Positions 39,953 to 49,102 of a stretch of DNA of 64,000 bases are shown one piece after another; position 1 is the first letter of the stretch; each line of letters starts with the position of its first letter. The DNA is from Chloroflexia bacterium (GTDB lineage Bacteria > Chloroflexota > Chloroflexia > QHBQ01 > JADMIH01): positions 69,665 through 133,664 of the forward strand of contig DASWMJ010000096.1 in assembly GCA_036399775.1 (NCBI GenBank), in the 5' to 3' direction. The translations under genes and the position numbers were made by a program. The notes beneath the pieces were generated by a model. The model was not told where the DNA came from. It made no database searches and saw nothing but the letters and a program-made list of their open reading frames with translations.

Positions 39953-40411
39953 TTAGTTTAGTTGCATGTAGCCATAAGCGTGGCGTGGAAAGTACCAGCA
40001 GTGACTCTGGACCTGGTTGGTGAAGTGCGAGCCAGTCGTCCCCGTCAATGGAGATGGGTAAGTACCACTGTAATGGCTGCCGGTAGAAAGTTGGGAGTTG
40101 CTACCGCAGCCTGGGTAATAACCATAGGTTGGGTCGCCTGGGCTAGGCCTGAAGGAGGTAAACTCCAGATAGGTATAGCTGGCACCTTGAGTTGTGAGCC
40201 AGGTTTCGTGACTGCTCACGCCTACCGAATTGCATACGCCCTGATAGTATTGCACATAGTAGGTTGCCTTGTACGCGACCACCGGCGAGGGGCTATCAGG
40301 GAAATTGGAGGCTGTGTAGCTACCTGATGGTGTGCAGGTTGAATTGCAGCTGCACGTAGCGACGATGGCGTCCCGCCTGACATCCTTATACTTTTCAAGG
40401 TCGCGCACCAT
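39953..40411 (-). CDS. possible small Cys/Tyr/Ser-rich protein (very tentative)
   Basis: This is the only non-overlapping portion of a 251-aa ORF whose first 100 codons overlap the PQQ-dehydrogenase gene in another frame. A 13-bp perfect hairpin (39838-39874) lies just downstream on the minus strand. Confidence 0.2.
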   Translation of the reverse strand: MVRDLEKYKDVRRDAIVATCSCNSTCTPSGSYTASNFPDSPSPVVAYKATYYVQYYQGVCNSVGVSSHETWLTTQGASYTYLEFTSFRPSPGDPTYGYYPGCGSNSQLSTGSHYSGTYPSPLTGTTGSHFTNQVQSHCWYFPRHAYGYMQLN

Positions 40412-42140
40412 ACCTGCCCTGGTAAGTTTGCACGCCCAGCAACCCCAGCAGCACCTCGAATTGCGTGCCTTTGTTCTCCGGGTGGTATTCCAGGCGGTTG
40501 CGCTCGAAATACTGCACCAGGTAAGTCTTGCCGTCCGTCGGACTCTTCTCCTGGAACGCCTCCGAGAGTGGGTAGCCAAAGACGGGGATGCCGCCGTTGC
40601 TCTCCCAGTAAGCCTGGAACTCCTTGCCGATAAAGTGGCTCGTGGCATCGAAGTAGACCAGGCCATTACCCTGCCGAGGCGGCACCGGCTTGAAAGGGTC
40701 TTCGCCACCCCGGCCCGCCGCCAGGTCGAAGCCGAGCCGCCCCAATAGCACCTGCGACTCCTTGCCCCGGTTCTCAGGGTGCCACTCGAATCGCGCCCGC
40801 TCCGTGTACTGCACCGTATAGGTCTTGCCGTCGCCCAACCTCTCCGCCAGTTCGCCAGTCACGGGCAGCCCGAACTGCGCCACCCCGCCGTGCTCGAACC
40901 AGTAGTTGAGGAAAGCCCCGCGCAGGCATTTGCCCGTCTCCGGGAAGCAGCGACCGGCCCCCGGCATAATGACGGCAGGCTGTGGGGCAGGCTTGCCAGC
41001 AACTGCGGTACGTGCGGGGCCGGACAGTTCATTGGGAGCCGGGTTGGTGCCTGTGTAGCTGATCTTGTAGATGGTGCCCGTCCTATCCTGCGAAGCGAAG
41101 AGCGCGCCATCGTAAGGGTCAACCGCCAGCCCAAGCCACGAATCGCCCGTTTCGGCAAAGGTCTGCGGCGACCCTGAAGGCTTGCCATCCTTGAAAGGCA
41201 CGAACACGATGGAGCGGAACTGCGCGTATGGCTGCTGGATGCTGTGCAGGGCCACGAAAGCCCCTCCCCAGTACGACGATGGGAAAGACCAGCCCGTATA
41301 GAAGGTCATCCCCAGGGGTGCCGAGTGCGCGGGGAACGTTACCACAGGCGGGATGGTCCCGGCGCAGTCCCGGCTACCCAGCTTGGGGTTGGCCTGCCGG
41401 TTGCCGATGCAGAAGGGGAAACCGTAGTCCCCGCCGTCCACAAGCTGGTTGAACTCCTCAGGCGGCAGGTTGTCACCCAGGTCGTCAGCGCCGTTGTCCG
41501 ATCCCCACATAAGGCCCGTCGTGCGGTCCCAGTCGAAGCCGACTGTGTTCCGCAGGCCCCGCGCAAAGACCCGCCCGCCTGAGCCGTCCGCGTTGTACTG
41601 CATGATGGTAGCGCGCCCCTCCGCTTCCGCGCCATTATCGTTGAACGAGCCTACATTCATGTAAAGCTTGCCGTCCGGCCCGAAGCCTATCGTCCTGGTC
41701 CTGTGCCGCCCATCGGCAGGCAGCTTATCGATGAAAACGGAGCGGGTATCGGCAACGAGGTCCCCATCCTTATCAACCAGCCGCACGACCCTCCCCAACT
41801 CTCCTACGTATACAGCCCCGTTGCGGAAGACCACGTTGTTGGGGGAGTTGAGACCGGTGGCGAACGTAGTCACCGAATCGGGCTTGCCGTCGTGGTTGCG
41901 GTCGGGGAGCGTCTTGATGGTGCCATTGGACCCGAACTCCGCCACGTAGAGGTCGCCCTCCGGCGAGAAAGAGACGAAGCGCGGAGTACGCAGCCCGGTA
42001 GCGTAAACCTCGCTCTTGAAGTTGGGCGGCAAGCTCACCGGGCCGGCAGCCGGGGCCGCCTGGCTCCCATTAGCCGCAAAGCCCACTACGGCTGCAACCA
42101 TTAAGAGTAAAAAAGCCACAAGCCCTATGCCCCTTAGCAT
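40395..42140 (-). CDS. PQQ-dependent sugar dehydrogenase (sorbosone/glucose dehydrogenase-like beta-propeller) with two C-terminal LGFP-like repeats
   Basis: N-terminal TM/signal segment and SGDH-type propeller motifs. Two approximately 55-aa C-terminal repeats (YWFEHGGVAQFGLPVTGE... and YWESNGGIPVFGYPLSEAF...). Confidence 0.7.
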   Translation of the reverse strand: MLRGIGLVAFLLLMVAAVVGFAANGSQAAPAAGPVSLPPNFKSEVYATGLRTPRFVSFSPEGDLYVAEFGSNGTIKTLPDRNHDGKPDSVTTFATGLNSPNNVVFRNGAVYVGELGRVVRLVDKDGDLVADTRSVFIDKLPADGRHRTRTIGFGPDGKLYMNVGSFNDNGAEAEGRATIMQYNADGSGGRVFARGLRNTVGFDWDRTTGLMWGSDNGADDLGDNLPPEEFNQLVDGGDYGFPFCIGNRQANPKLGSRDCAGTIPPVVTFPAHSAPLGMTFYTGWSFPSSYWGGAFVALHSIQQPYAQFRSIVFVPFKDGKPSGSPQTFAETGDSWLGLAVDPYDGALFASQDRTGTIYKISYTGTNPAPNELSGPARTAVAGKPAPQPAVIMPGAGRCFPETGKCLRGAFLNYWFEHGGVAQFGLPVTGELAERLGDGKTYTVQYTERARFEWHPENRGKESQVLLGRLGFDLAAGRGGEDPFKPVPPRQGNGLVYFDATSHFIGKEFQAYWESNGGIPVFGYPLSEAFQEKSPTDGKTYLVQYFERNRLEYHPENKGTQFEVLLGLLGVQTYQGRYGARP

Positions 42141-42256
42141 GATGCCTCCACGTTTACTGTGATACCGCCCCTCAGATGGCCGGACGCGCTGGCTCAGCCG
42201 GAAGAAGTTGTCGAGATCGCCCGTCCATTATACCTGAGGTAAGTATTCAGAACAGG

Positions 42257-42346
42257 GTAGGGGCGACCCGCATGCTCGCCCTGGTGGGGTTAGCGTACCA
42301 TGCTTGGGTGCTACCCGACCACGGCGACCCACCGGGTCGCCCCTAC
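42257..42346. repeat. GTAGGGGCGACCC...GGGTCGCCCCTAC palindromic MITE-like element
   Basis: Same termini as the copies at 12601, 51559 and 63372. Intergenic, upstream of the ROK promoter. Confidence 0.6.
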
Positions 42347-42394
42347 CAGAAATATTCCCTCCTTTAGTCGGAATATTTGATTTGCTTCGACCTA

Positions 42395-42449
42395 TTGACA
42401 AGAGCTTAATTTGGTGCTAAACTTTGTTAGTCCACTGAACTAACAAAGT
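42395..42449 (+). promoter_or_regulatory. sigma70 promoter plus perfect palindrome (candidate ROK operator) upstream of the ROK regulator gene
   Basis: TTGACA (42395-42400), 17-nt spacer, TAAACT (42418-42423). This is followed by ACTTTGTTAGT-n7-ACTAACAAAGT (42421-42449), which overlaps the predicted transcription start. Confidence 0.55.
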
Positions 42450-42451
42450 CT

Positions 42452-43660
42452 ATGCAGGGTTTAGAGATGCCAGGTCTACAAAAGGCTACCCAGCAACAAA
42501 CTAAAACGCACAATAGCCGTCTTGTCCTCGAAGCCATTTATGACCGGAGGCAGATCAGCCGCGCCGACATATCGCGCCTAACCAACCTCACCAGGACTAC
42601 CGTCTCCGACCTGGTCACCGAATTACAGGGCAAGGGCCTCGTAGAGGAGATAGGTTACGGGCAATCGAGAGGCGGGCGCTCCCCTATCTTGTTGAGCGTG
42701 ATTGACGATGCGCGCCACCTGATCGGCATTGACCTCGAAAACGACGAGCTTCGCGGCGCGGTAGTCAACCTACGCAACGAAATAATAAGCACCGCCAGCC
42801 TACCTCTTCACAGCCGCGAAGGGGACGAGGCGCTGATGCTCGTTTATGAATTGGTGGACAGGCTGATCGCGAGTACGGACAAGCCTCTCCTGGGCATCGG
42901 TGTTGGGACCCCCGGCCTAGTTGACGCAAGCAACAAGGTCGTGCTTCGAGCCGTCAACCTCAACTGGCGCGGTACGCCATTGGGCGATCTCCTCCAGGCG
43001 CGCTACGACCTGCCCGTATACGTCGCGAACGACAGCCAGCTTGCCGCCCTGGCCCAGTACATGTTCGGTGCCGACAAGTACGACAGCAATCTCATTGTGG
43101 TGAAGGTGGGGACCGGCATCGGTGCCGGGCTGATACTTGATGGCCGCCTTTTTCATGGAGACGGCTTCGGAGCCGGAGAGATCGGCCACATCAGCGTGGT
43201 GGAGAATGGGCAGCAGTGTCGTTGCGGCAACCTGGGCTGCCTGGAGACGGTTGCCAGTACGCCCGCCATCATCAAGAGTGTACACGCCCTGGCCCAGCCA
43301 CTATCTAACAGCCCTGCGCCGGATGCTGGTGACCTAACCCTCGACGCGGTTCAAGAGTCTTTCGCGGCAGGGCACCCCGCCGCTACCCAGGCCGTGCTTG
43401 AAGCAGGGCGCTATCTCGGTATCGCTGCCGCTAACCTGGTAGGTACTCTCAACGTGCATCGCATAGTCTTTCTGAGCCAGCTTGCCCGGTTTGGAACGCC
43501 GCTTCTAGACGCCATCCGGCAGGAAATGGTCAGGAGGGTGCTACCTACGCTCACCCAAGATACCGAGATCGAATTGATAGACCTCCGGCCCGAAATGGTG
43601 ATCCTGGGAGCATCGGCGCTCTTGATGAGCCACGAATTGGGCCTAAAGCTGGCCCGCTAG
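42452..43660 (+). CDS. ROK family transcriptional regulator (NagC/XylR-like)
   Basis: N-terminal HTH (ISRLTNLTRTTVSDLVTEL), ROK domain, CRCGNLGC zinc motif. Own TTGACA-17-TAAACT promoter. Confidence 0.8.
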   Translation: MQGLEMPGLQKATQQQTKTHNSRLVLEAIYDRRQISRADISRLTNLTRTTVSDLVTELQGKGLVEEIGYGQSRGGRSPILLSVIDDARHLIGIDLENDELRGAVVNLRNEIISTASLPLHSREGDEALMLVYELVDRLIASTDKPLLGIGVGTPGLVDASNKVVLRAVNLNWRGTPLGDLLQARYDLPVYVANDSQLAALAQYMFGADKYDSNLIVVKVGTGIGAGLILDGRLFHGDGFGAGEIGHISVVENGQQCRCGNLGCLETVASTPAIIKSVHALAQPLSNSPAPDAGDLTLDAVQESFAAGHPAATQAVLEAGRYLGIAAANLVGTLNVHRIVFLSQLARFGTPLLDAIRQEMVRRVLPTLTQDTEIELIDLRPEMVILGASALLMSHELGLKLAR

Positions 43661-43767
43661 TGCGCCGGGCTATCGCAAATATCGGAAACCATAGAGGAAA
43701 TCAAGTTGGATTACAGGTCTGCCATTTCTGAATACAGTTTTCTTCATCATATCCTGGTTTAAACCTA

Positions 43768-43894
43768 TTGACAAAGTGAAATTACTGTGATATTATGGGA
43801 GCGCTCCCATAAACTAAGAGCAATGCATTTCTTCCATGCTCAAAACGGTTCCTTGCAGGTGCCTCGGATGGAGCGTTTGATAGGAGCGCTCCCA
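43768..43894 (+). promoter_or_regulatory. sigma70 promoter and two lac-operator-like palindromes upstream of the LacI-family gene
   Basis: TTGACA (43768-43773), 17-nt spacer, TATTAT (43791-43796). A perfect 14-bp palindrome TGGGAGCGCTCCCA (43796-43809) overlaps -10/+1 and a 13/14 copy TAGGAGCGCTCCCA sits at 43881-43894. Both share the GAGCGCTC core of the ideal lac operator. Confidence 0.6.
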
Positions 43895-43921
43895 AAAAGG
43901 CGTAATGGAGTAGTTTACTAT

Positions 43922-44959
43922 ATGCCCTCCACGTTGGAACAAATAGCTGAACAGGCCGGGGTGTCTCGCTCGACCGTTTCTAGGGTGATGAATGATCACC
44001 CCAGCGTAGACGATGACACGAGAGCGCGTGTGCTGTCGGTGGCGGAACGCCTCAACTACCAGCCCAATATGGCGGCGCGGAGCCTGGCAGCCGGGCGCAC
44101 TCGCATCCTGGGGCTTGTCATCCCTATGGGCGTCTCCGCGCTCTTCACGGACCCCTACTTTCCCCTCCTTATACAAGGCATCTCTTCCGCCTGTAGCGCC
44201 AACGACCATTCGGTGATGCTCTGGATTGCCGAGCCTGAGTATGAGCGCCGCACGATTCGCCAGGCGCTGCAAGGTGGCATGATCGACGGTGTCATCCTCG
44301 CCTCCGCGCTCATGGACGACCCGATGCTGGAGGCGTTGCGAAAGCGCGGCCTCCCCTTCATCCTGGTGGGGCGGCACCCAAGCGACGACCATCTGAGCTA
44401 TGTAGACGTGGACAATAAGAGCGCCGCCCGCGACATGGTTTCTTATCTGATACGCCTGGGCTACGAGCGCGTCGCGACCATTACCGGCCCCAAGAATATG
44501 ATCGCGGGCGCGGACCGCTTGCAGGGCTATCTCACCGCCCTGAAGGAGCGAAGAGTAGCCACTAACGCCGATCTGATCGTGGAAGCGGATTTCACCGAGG
44601 AGGGCGGGTATATCGCCATGCAGCATCTTCTTCCTTTCGCGCCCGACGCCGTTTTCGCCGCGAGTGATGCGATGGCGCTGGGTGCATTGCGGGCGCTGCG
44701 CGATGCGGGCAAGCGAGTCCCAGACGACGTTGCGGTTACAGGCTTCGATGACGTGCCGTTTGCCGCCCGCACCGACCCACCACTAACCACAGTCAGGCAG
44801 CCCATTCAGCCTATGGGGGCACTCGCCGCTGAAACTCTGATCAACATGATCAGTCACCCGGATGGCCAGCCGCACCGCGTCCTCTTGCCCACCGAATTGA
44901 TTATTCGCGCATCCTGCGGCTCCAACGTCAGAAGGCAGAAGGTAGTAAGCAATAAGTAG
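43922..44959 (+). CDS. LacI family transcriptional regulator
   Basis: HTH_LacI (LEQIAEQAGVSRSTVSRV) plus periplasmic-binding-fold sugar domain. Start placed at the Met preceding the HTH (ATG 43922); the ORF track starts 45 codons earlier inside the promoter. Confidence 0.85.
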   Translation: MPSTLEQIAEQAGVSRSTVSRVMNDHPSVDDDTRARVLSVAERLNYQPNMAARSLAAGRTRILGLVIPMGVSALFTDPYFPLLIQGISSACSANDHSVMLWIAEPEYERRTIRQALQGGMIDGVILASALMDDPMLEALRKRGLPFILVGRHPSDDHLSYVDVDNKSAARDMVSYLIRLGYERVATITGPKNMIAGADRLQGYLTALKERRVATNADLIVEADFTEEGGYIAMQHLLPFAPDAVFAASDAMALGALRALRDAGKRVPDDVAVTGFDDVPFAARTDPPLTTVRQPIQPMGALAAETLINMISHPDGQPHRVLLPTELIIRASCGSNVRRQKVVSNK

Positions 44960-45187
44960 CAATGTGAAGGGGGACGGCATACACAGACAAACGTCCAACT
45001 TAGATACGCCCCCTGTATGTTTTCTATAACCGTATAGCGCGCATCTGGACAGAGATAATCGCACAGCGCCCCAGTACGCACCAGCATGTTCAGCGTCAAA
45101 GGAGGTGGTCATACTGCCAGGTTAGACCAATGAAACGGTGGGTAATTGTGAACCCCCAAGTGCTCTAACTCGAAGGAGGATACTCAA

Positions 45188-46736
45188 AATGGCAATGTTG
45201 AAACCACGTAAAGCTTATCTGGCTGCCCTGGCGCTCTTTATAATGCCAATGCTGGCAGCCTGTGGAACTACGGCCACCGCGCCGACCGCCGTTGTAGTCC
45301 CGACCGAAACCGCTGCCGTCGTAGTTCCTGACGCTACCGACACCGCTGCCCCTGTGGCGGACGCTACCGATACCGCCGCCCCGGCTGCGGAAACACCTGT
45401 CGCGGCGCTTACCCCGACCGTCCCGCCGACGGTGCTGGCGGGTGGCGAAGGCTGCGCCAGTGGATCCACCAAACTGACCTGGTACGTCGGCCTCGGCGCG
45501 GGTGGTGACGCGAACGTAATCCCCAAGGAAGAGGCCTGGGTCAATAATTTCAACAAATCGCAGACCGAAGCCTGCCTGACCCTACAAGTCGTGCATAACC
45601 CCGAATCGTATGACACCCTCAAGGCCCAGCTCGCCGCCGGAAACGGCCCCGACATCGTTGGCCCCGTCGGCAAGGCTGGACGCGCCAGCTTCCAGGGTAG
45701 CTGGGCAGATGTGAGTGCGCTGGCGGCAGAAGCCAAAGTTGACTTGAGCAAGTATGACCCCGCGCTGCTGGAATTCACCAAGGACGAGGGCGTGCTGGTC
45801 GGTATCCCGTTCGCACTCTTCCCAAGCTTCATCTACTACAACAAAGCCCTCTTCGACGAAGCTAAATTGCCCTACCCACCTCATAAACTTGGCGAGCAGT
45901 ATAATGGTAAGGAGTGGAACCTCGACACAATGGCCGAGCTTGCCAGGCAGCTTACGGTTGACGCGAACGGCAACGACGCGACCTCCGCCGACTTCGATGC
46001 CAAGAACATCAAGCAGTTCGGTTTCTACGAGTCGAATACCGACGCGCGTGGCATAGCAACCCTCTTTGGGGGCGGTCTCCCTTACGACGAGGCCGATACC
46101 AAGACCGCCAAGATACCGGAGCATTGGCGAGCCGCCTGGAAGTGGTACTATGACAGCATGTGGAGCCAACACTACGCGCCCAACTACGACTACCAGCAGA
46201 GCGACCTGCTCGGCAAAGGCAACCCCTTCTCGTCGGGCAACACCGCCATGGCGCACTCTCATAGCTGGTTCACCTGCTGCTTCGACATCCAGAAGCTGAA
46301 CTGGGACATAGCCGTCATGCCCACGATAAACGGCAAAGTCACGGCGAAGCTGCACGGCGATACTTTCGCGATCTTGAAGGCAAGCAAGAACCAGCAGGTC
46401 GCGTTCAATGTCGTGAGCAAGATGGTCGTGGACAAAGAGCTTTACCAGATATACGGCGGCATGCCTGCCAAGCCCGAAGACCGCGCCGAGTTCTTCACCG
46501 CGTTCGATGCTCGCGTAGCGCCGAACAAGGTAGACTGGGCAGTGGCTGAGGAGATGGTCAAGCACCCGGACCTGCCTAATCACGAGTCCTGGCTGCCCAA
46601 CCTGATCAAAGCCAACGACCTCTTCGGCAAGTTCCGCACGCTGATGGACCAGACGCCCGGCTTGGACATGGACAAGGAAATAGACAAGTTCGAGTCCCAG
46701 CTAACCGACGTGTTCAAGTCAGCGCCGGCCCCGTAA
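45188..46736 (+). CDS. ABC transporter substrate-binding lipoprotein (sugar, family 1)
   Basis: GAAGGAGGA RBS 9 bp upstream of ATG 45188. Signal peptide with lipobox LAACG, Thr/Pro/Ala linker, SBP_bac_1 body. Confidence 0.8.
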
Positions 46737-46841
46737 TCGGTAAAAAATTAATGGTTTTCTCTTCTTGCGGCTTCCGAGGAAGCCGCAAGAAGAGAAAAAA
46801 GAATCGCGCCGGGAGCGAAAGCCAGGAAGGAGATATGGCTG

Positions 46842-47810
46842 ATGGCAGCGACAGATTTAGCCTTAGGTCGAAGGTCGGAGTCTCAACCCAAACGCCGGAT
46901 TACCGCACTGGAGCGCGGACGCCTCCGGTGGGGGTTGTTCTTCATGGCCCCCTGGTTCATCGGGTTCCTGGCGTTCCAACTCTTGCCTATCGTATCCACT
47001 ATATTCTTGTCGTTCACCGACTACAGCGCGACCAAAGAATTCGCGCCCGGCAATTTCAACATGGTCGGCCTCAACAACTATGGCCGCCTCTTCACCGACC
47101 CCCAACTCATTCAATCCGTAGGCGTAACCCTGAAATTTGCCGTAATCGCCGTGCCGCTTGGCCTGATAATCCCGCTATCCTTTGCTTTGCTAGTCAACTC
47201 AAAGCACCTGCTGGCCCCTAACATATTCAGGACTCTCTATTTTCTGCCGACGGTTATCCCGCTCGTCGCCGGTGTGATGGTCTTTCAGGGAGTGCTGAAC
47301 GCGCAGTCCGGCTGGATCAATCTGTCGCTCAAGTCTATCGGGATAGAAGGCCCACGCTGGTTGAGCGACCCTAACTGGGCCGTGCCCGCGCTCAACCTGT
47401 TGAGCCTGTGGGCTGTGGGCAACGCCATGATAATCCTGCTCGCGGGCTTGCAAGGCGTCCCTACGGAGATCCTTGAGGCGGCGACGGTAGACGGCGCGAA
47501 TGGTGTGCAGCGCTTCTTCCGTATCACGATCCCGATGATATCGCCCGTCATCTTCTACAATGTCACCCTCGGAGTTATTGGCGCCTTCCAGTATTTCGTC
47601 GCGGCCCTGCTCATCGGCGGGCGCAACGGCGACCCCCAGGGGGCCACGCTCTTCTATAACCTGCACTTCTACCGGCAGGCTTTTGTTTTCAACGATATGG
47701 GCTACGGCTCGGCCCTGGCGCTGATGATGTTTATTACGGTAATGATCCTGACCGGGATCATGTTTTCTGTGGGCCAGAAGGCAGTTTACTACGCAGGCGG
47801 AGATGCCTAA
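46842..47810 (+). CDS. carbohydrate ABC transporter permease (MalF type)
   Basis: AGGAAGGAGA RBS, six TM helices, EAA loop (EAATVDGANGVQRF). Confidence 0.85.
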   Translation: MAATDLALGRRSESQPKRRITALERGRLRWGLFFMAPWFIGFLAFQLLPIVSTIFLSFTDYSATKEFAPGNFNMVGLNNYGRLFTDPQLIQSVGVTLKFAVIAVPLGLIIPLSFALLVNSKHLLAPNIFRTLYFLPTVIPLVAGVMVFQGVLNAQSGWINLSLKSIGIEGPRWLSDPNWAVPALNLLSLWAVGNAMIILLAGLQGVPTEILEAATVDGANGVQRFFRITIPMISPVIFYNVTLGVIGAFQYFVAALLIGGRNGDPQGATLFYNLHFYRQAFVFNDMGYGSALALMMFITVMILTGIMFSVGQKAVYYAGGDA

Positions 47811-47811
47811 A

Positions 47812-47910
47812 CGAATTACGAATTACGAATTACGAATTACGAGTTGAGAGGAACGTGTAAGAATTCGTAATTCGTAATTCGTAATTCGTAATTCGTAATT
47901 GGAAAAGTGA
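47812..47910. repeat. palindromic heptamer element (GAATTAC)n ... (GTAATTC)n
   Basis: Four and five units flanking a 20-bp core, between the two permease genes of the plus-strand operon. Confidence 0.7.
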
Positions 47911-47917
47911 GGGAAAG

Positions 47918-49003
47918 ATGGCAACTTTGGCTCAAGTAGAAAAGTCACGCCCGGTGGCATCCGCACGCCGGACCAAGTGGGGACCGCGCCGTCTTTCCGC
48001 ACAGGTGCTTATCACCTCGCTGGGGCTGGCGGTAATGCTGATATTCCTGATGCCGCTTGGCTACATGGTCATGACCGCGTTCAAGGACGATTCTCAGCTT
48101 TCCGCTCAGCGCGCGCCTCTTTGGCCCGCCAAAGCATCTACTTATACTTATGAAGGCAAGGAGCTGCCGCTTTACAATGTGCCGACAAGCGAAGGGACCA
48201 AACAGTGGGCTTTAGTCAAAGGCTTCCGCGAAGATAGCGACTTCATCGACCCTGCCCATCCTGAGCAAGGTGTGTTCAATTGGAAGGGGAGGTACCGCAC
48301 TCTTGAGCCGGTTTACCACTTCTCGCCCACGCTCGACAACTTTGTCATGGCCTGGAACCAGGTGCAGTTCGGGGTGCTATTCAAGAATACCTTCCTGATC
48401 GCCATCATCAGCACGGTCGGCACGCTGATTTCGTGCATCCTCGTGGCTTACGGGTTCGCGCGCTTTCGCATCCCAGGCAAAAATATCCTTTTCATCATCC
48501 TGATTTCGACGATAGTCCTGCCGCCACAGGCCACTATCATACCGCTCTACATCCTGTTCGCCAAGCTGGGGTGGACGGGGACGTGGCTGCCGCTACTCGT
48601 GCCCGCCTTCTTCGCCAATGCATATGACGTCTTCTTGCTGCGCCAGTATTTCATGAGCATCCCCAAGGAAATGGACGAGGCTGCGATGCTCGATGGCGCT
48701 AACCCATTGCGGACGCTCGTATCGGTCATCATCCCCCAGTCCATCCCGGCGATCACGGCGGTGACCCTCTTCCACTTCTTCTTCACGTGGAACGACTATT
48801 TCGCGCCCCTGGTCTACCTGGTAGGCAAAGAGGACCTCTACCCCATCTCGGTAGGCATAGCCAAGTTCGTAGGGACGTTCAGCATCTATCCTGGGCGAGC
48901 AATGGCAACCGCCGTGATGACCCTCATTCTCCCCGCGCTGATGTTCTTCTTCGCTCAGCGCCAGTTCATGCAGGGCGTGGTAGTCACGGGTGTAGACAAA
49001 TAA
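47918..49003 (+). CDS. carbohydrate ABC transporter permease (MalG type)
   Basis: TM profile and EAA loop (DEAAMLDGANPLRT). Confidence 0.85.
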   Translation: MATLAQVEKSRPVASARRTKWGPRRLSAQVLITSLGLAVMLIFLMPLGYMVMTAFKDDSQLSAQRAPLWPAKASTYTYEGKELPLYNVPTSEGTKQWALVKGFREDSDFIDPAHPEQGVFNWKGRYRTLEPVYHFSPTLDNFVMAWNQVQFGVLFKNTFLIAIISTVGTLISCILVAYGFARFRIPGKNILFIILISTIVLPPQATIIPLYILFAKLGWTGTWLPLLVPAFFANAYDVFLLRQYFMSIPKEMDEAAMLDGANPLRTLVSVIIPQSIPAITAVTLFHFFFTWNDYFAPLVYLVGKEDLYPISVGIAKFVGTFSIYPGRAMATAVMTLILPALMFFFAQRQFMQGVVVTGVDK

Positions 49004-49084
49004 TTTTAGATTTCCGATTTTAGATTTTAGATTGTTTCAGCGTTACCCTATTCAATCTAAAATCTAAAATCGGAAATCTAAAAT
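49004..49084. repeat. palindromic heptamer element (TTTTAGA)n ... (TCTAAAA)n
   Basis: Lies between the permease and GH1 genes. A smaller version sits at 50421-50464. Confidence 0.7.
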
Positions 49085-49102
49085 AAGGAGATTGCAATCA
49101 TA

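Noticed and set aside
39953-40708. 251-aa minus-strand ORF
   Set aside because: Its first 100 codons overlap the 3' end of the PQQ-dehydrogenase gene in a different frame. Only the non-overlapping distal part was kept, as a very low-confidence feature.
42362-42451. Possible small RNA between the PQQ dehydrogenase and ROK genes
   Set aside because: The region is explained by a divergent promoter plus an operator palindrome. No terminator or conserved RNA motif was seen.
43787-43921. Upstream start of the LacI-family ORF
   Set aside because: It would initiate inside the -10 hexamer/operator region. HTH homology starts at the Met at 43922.
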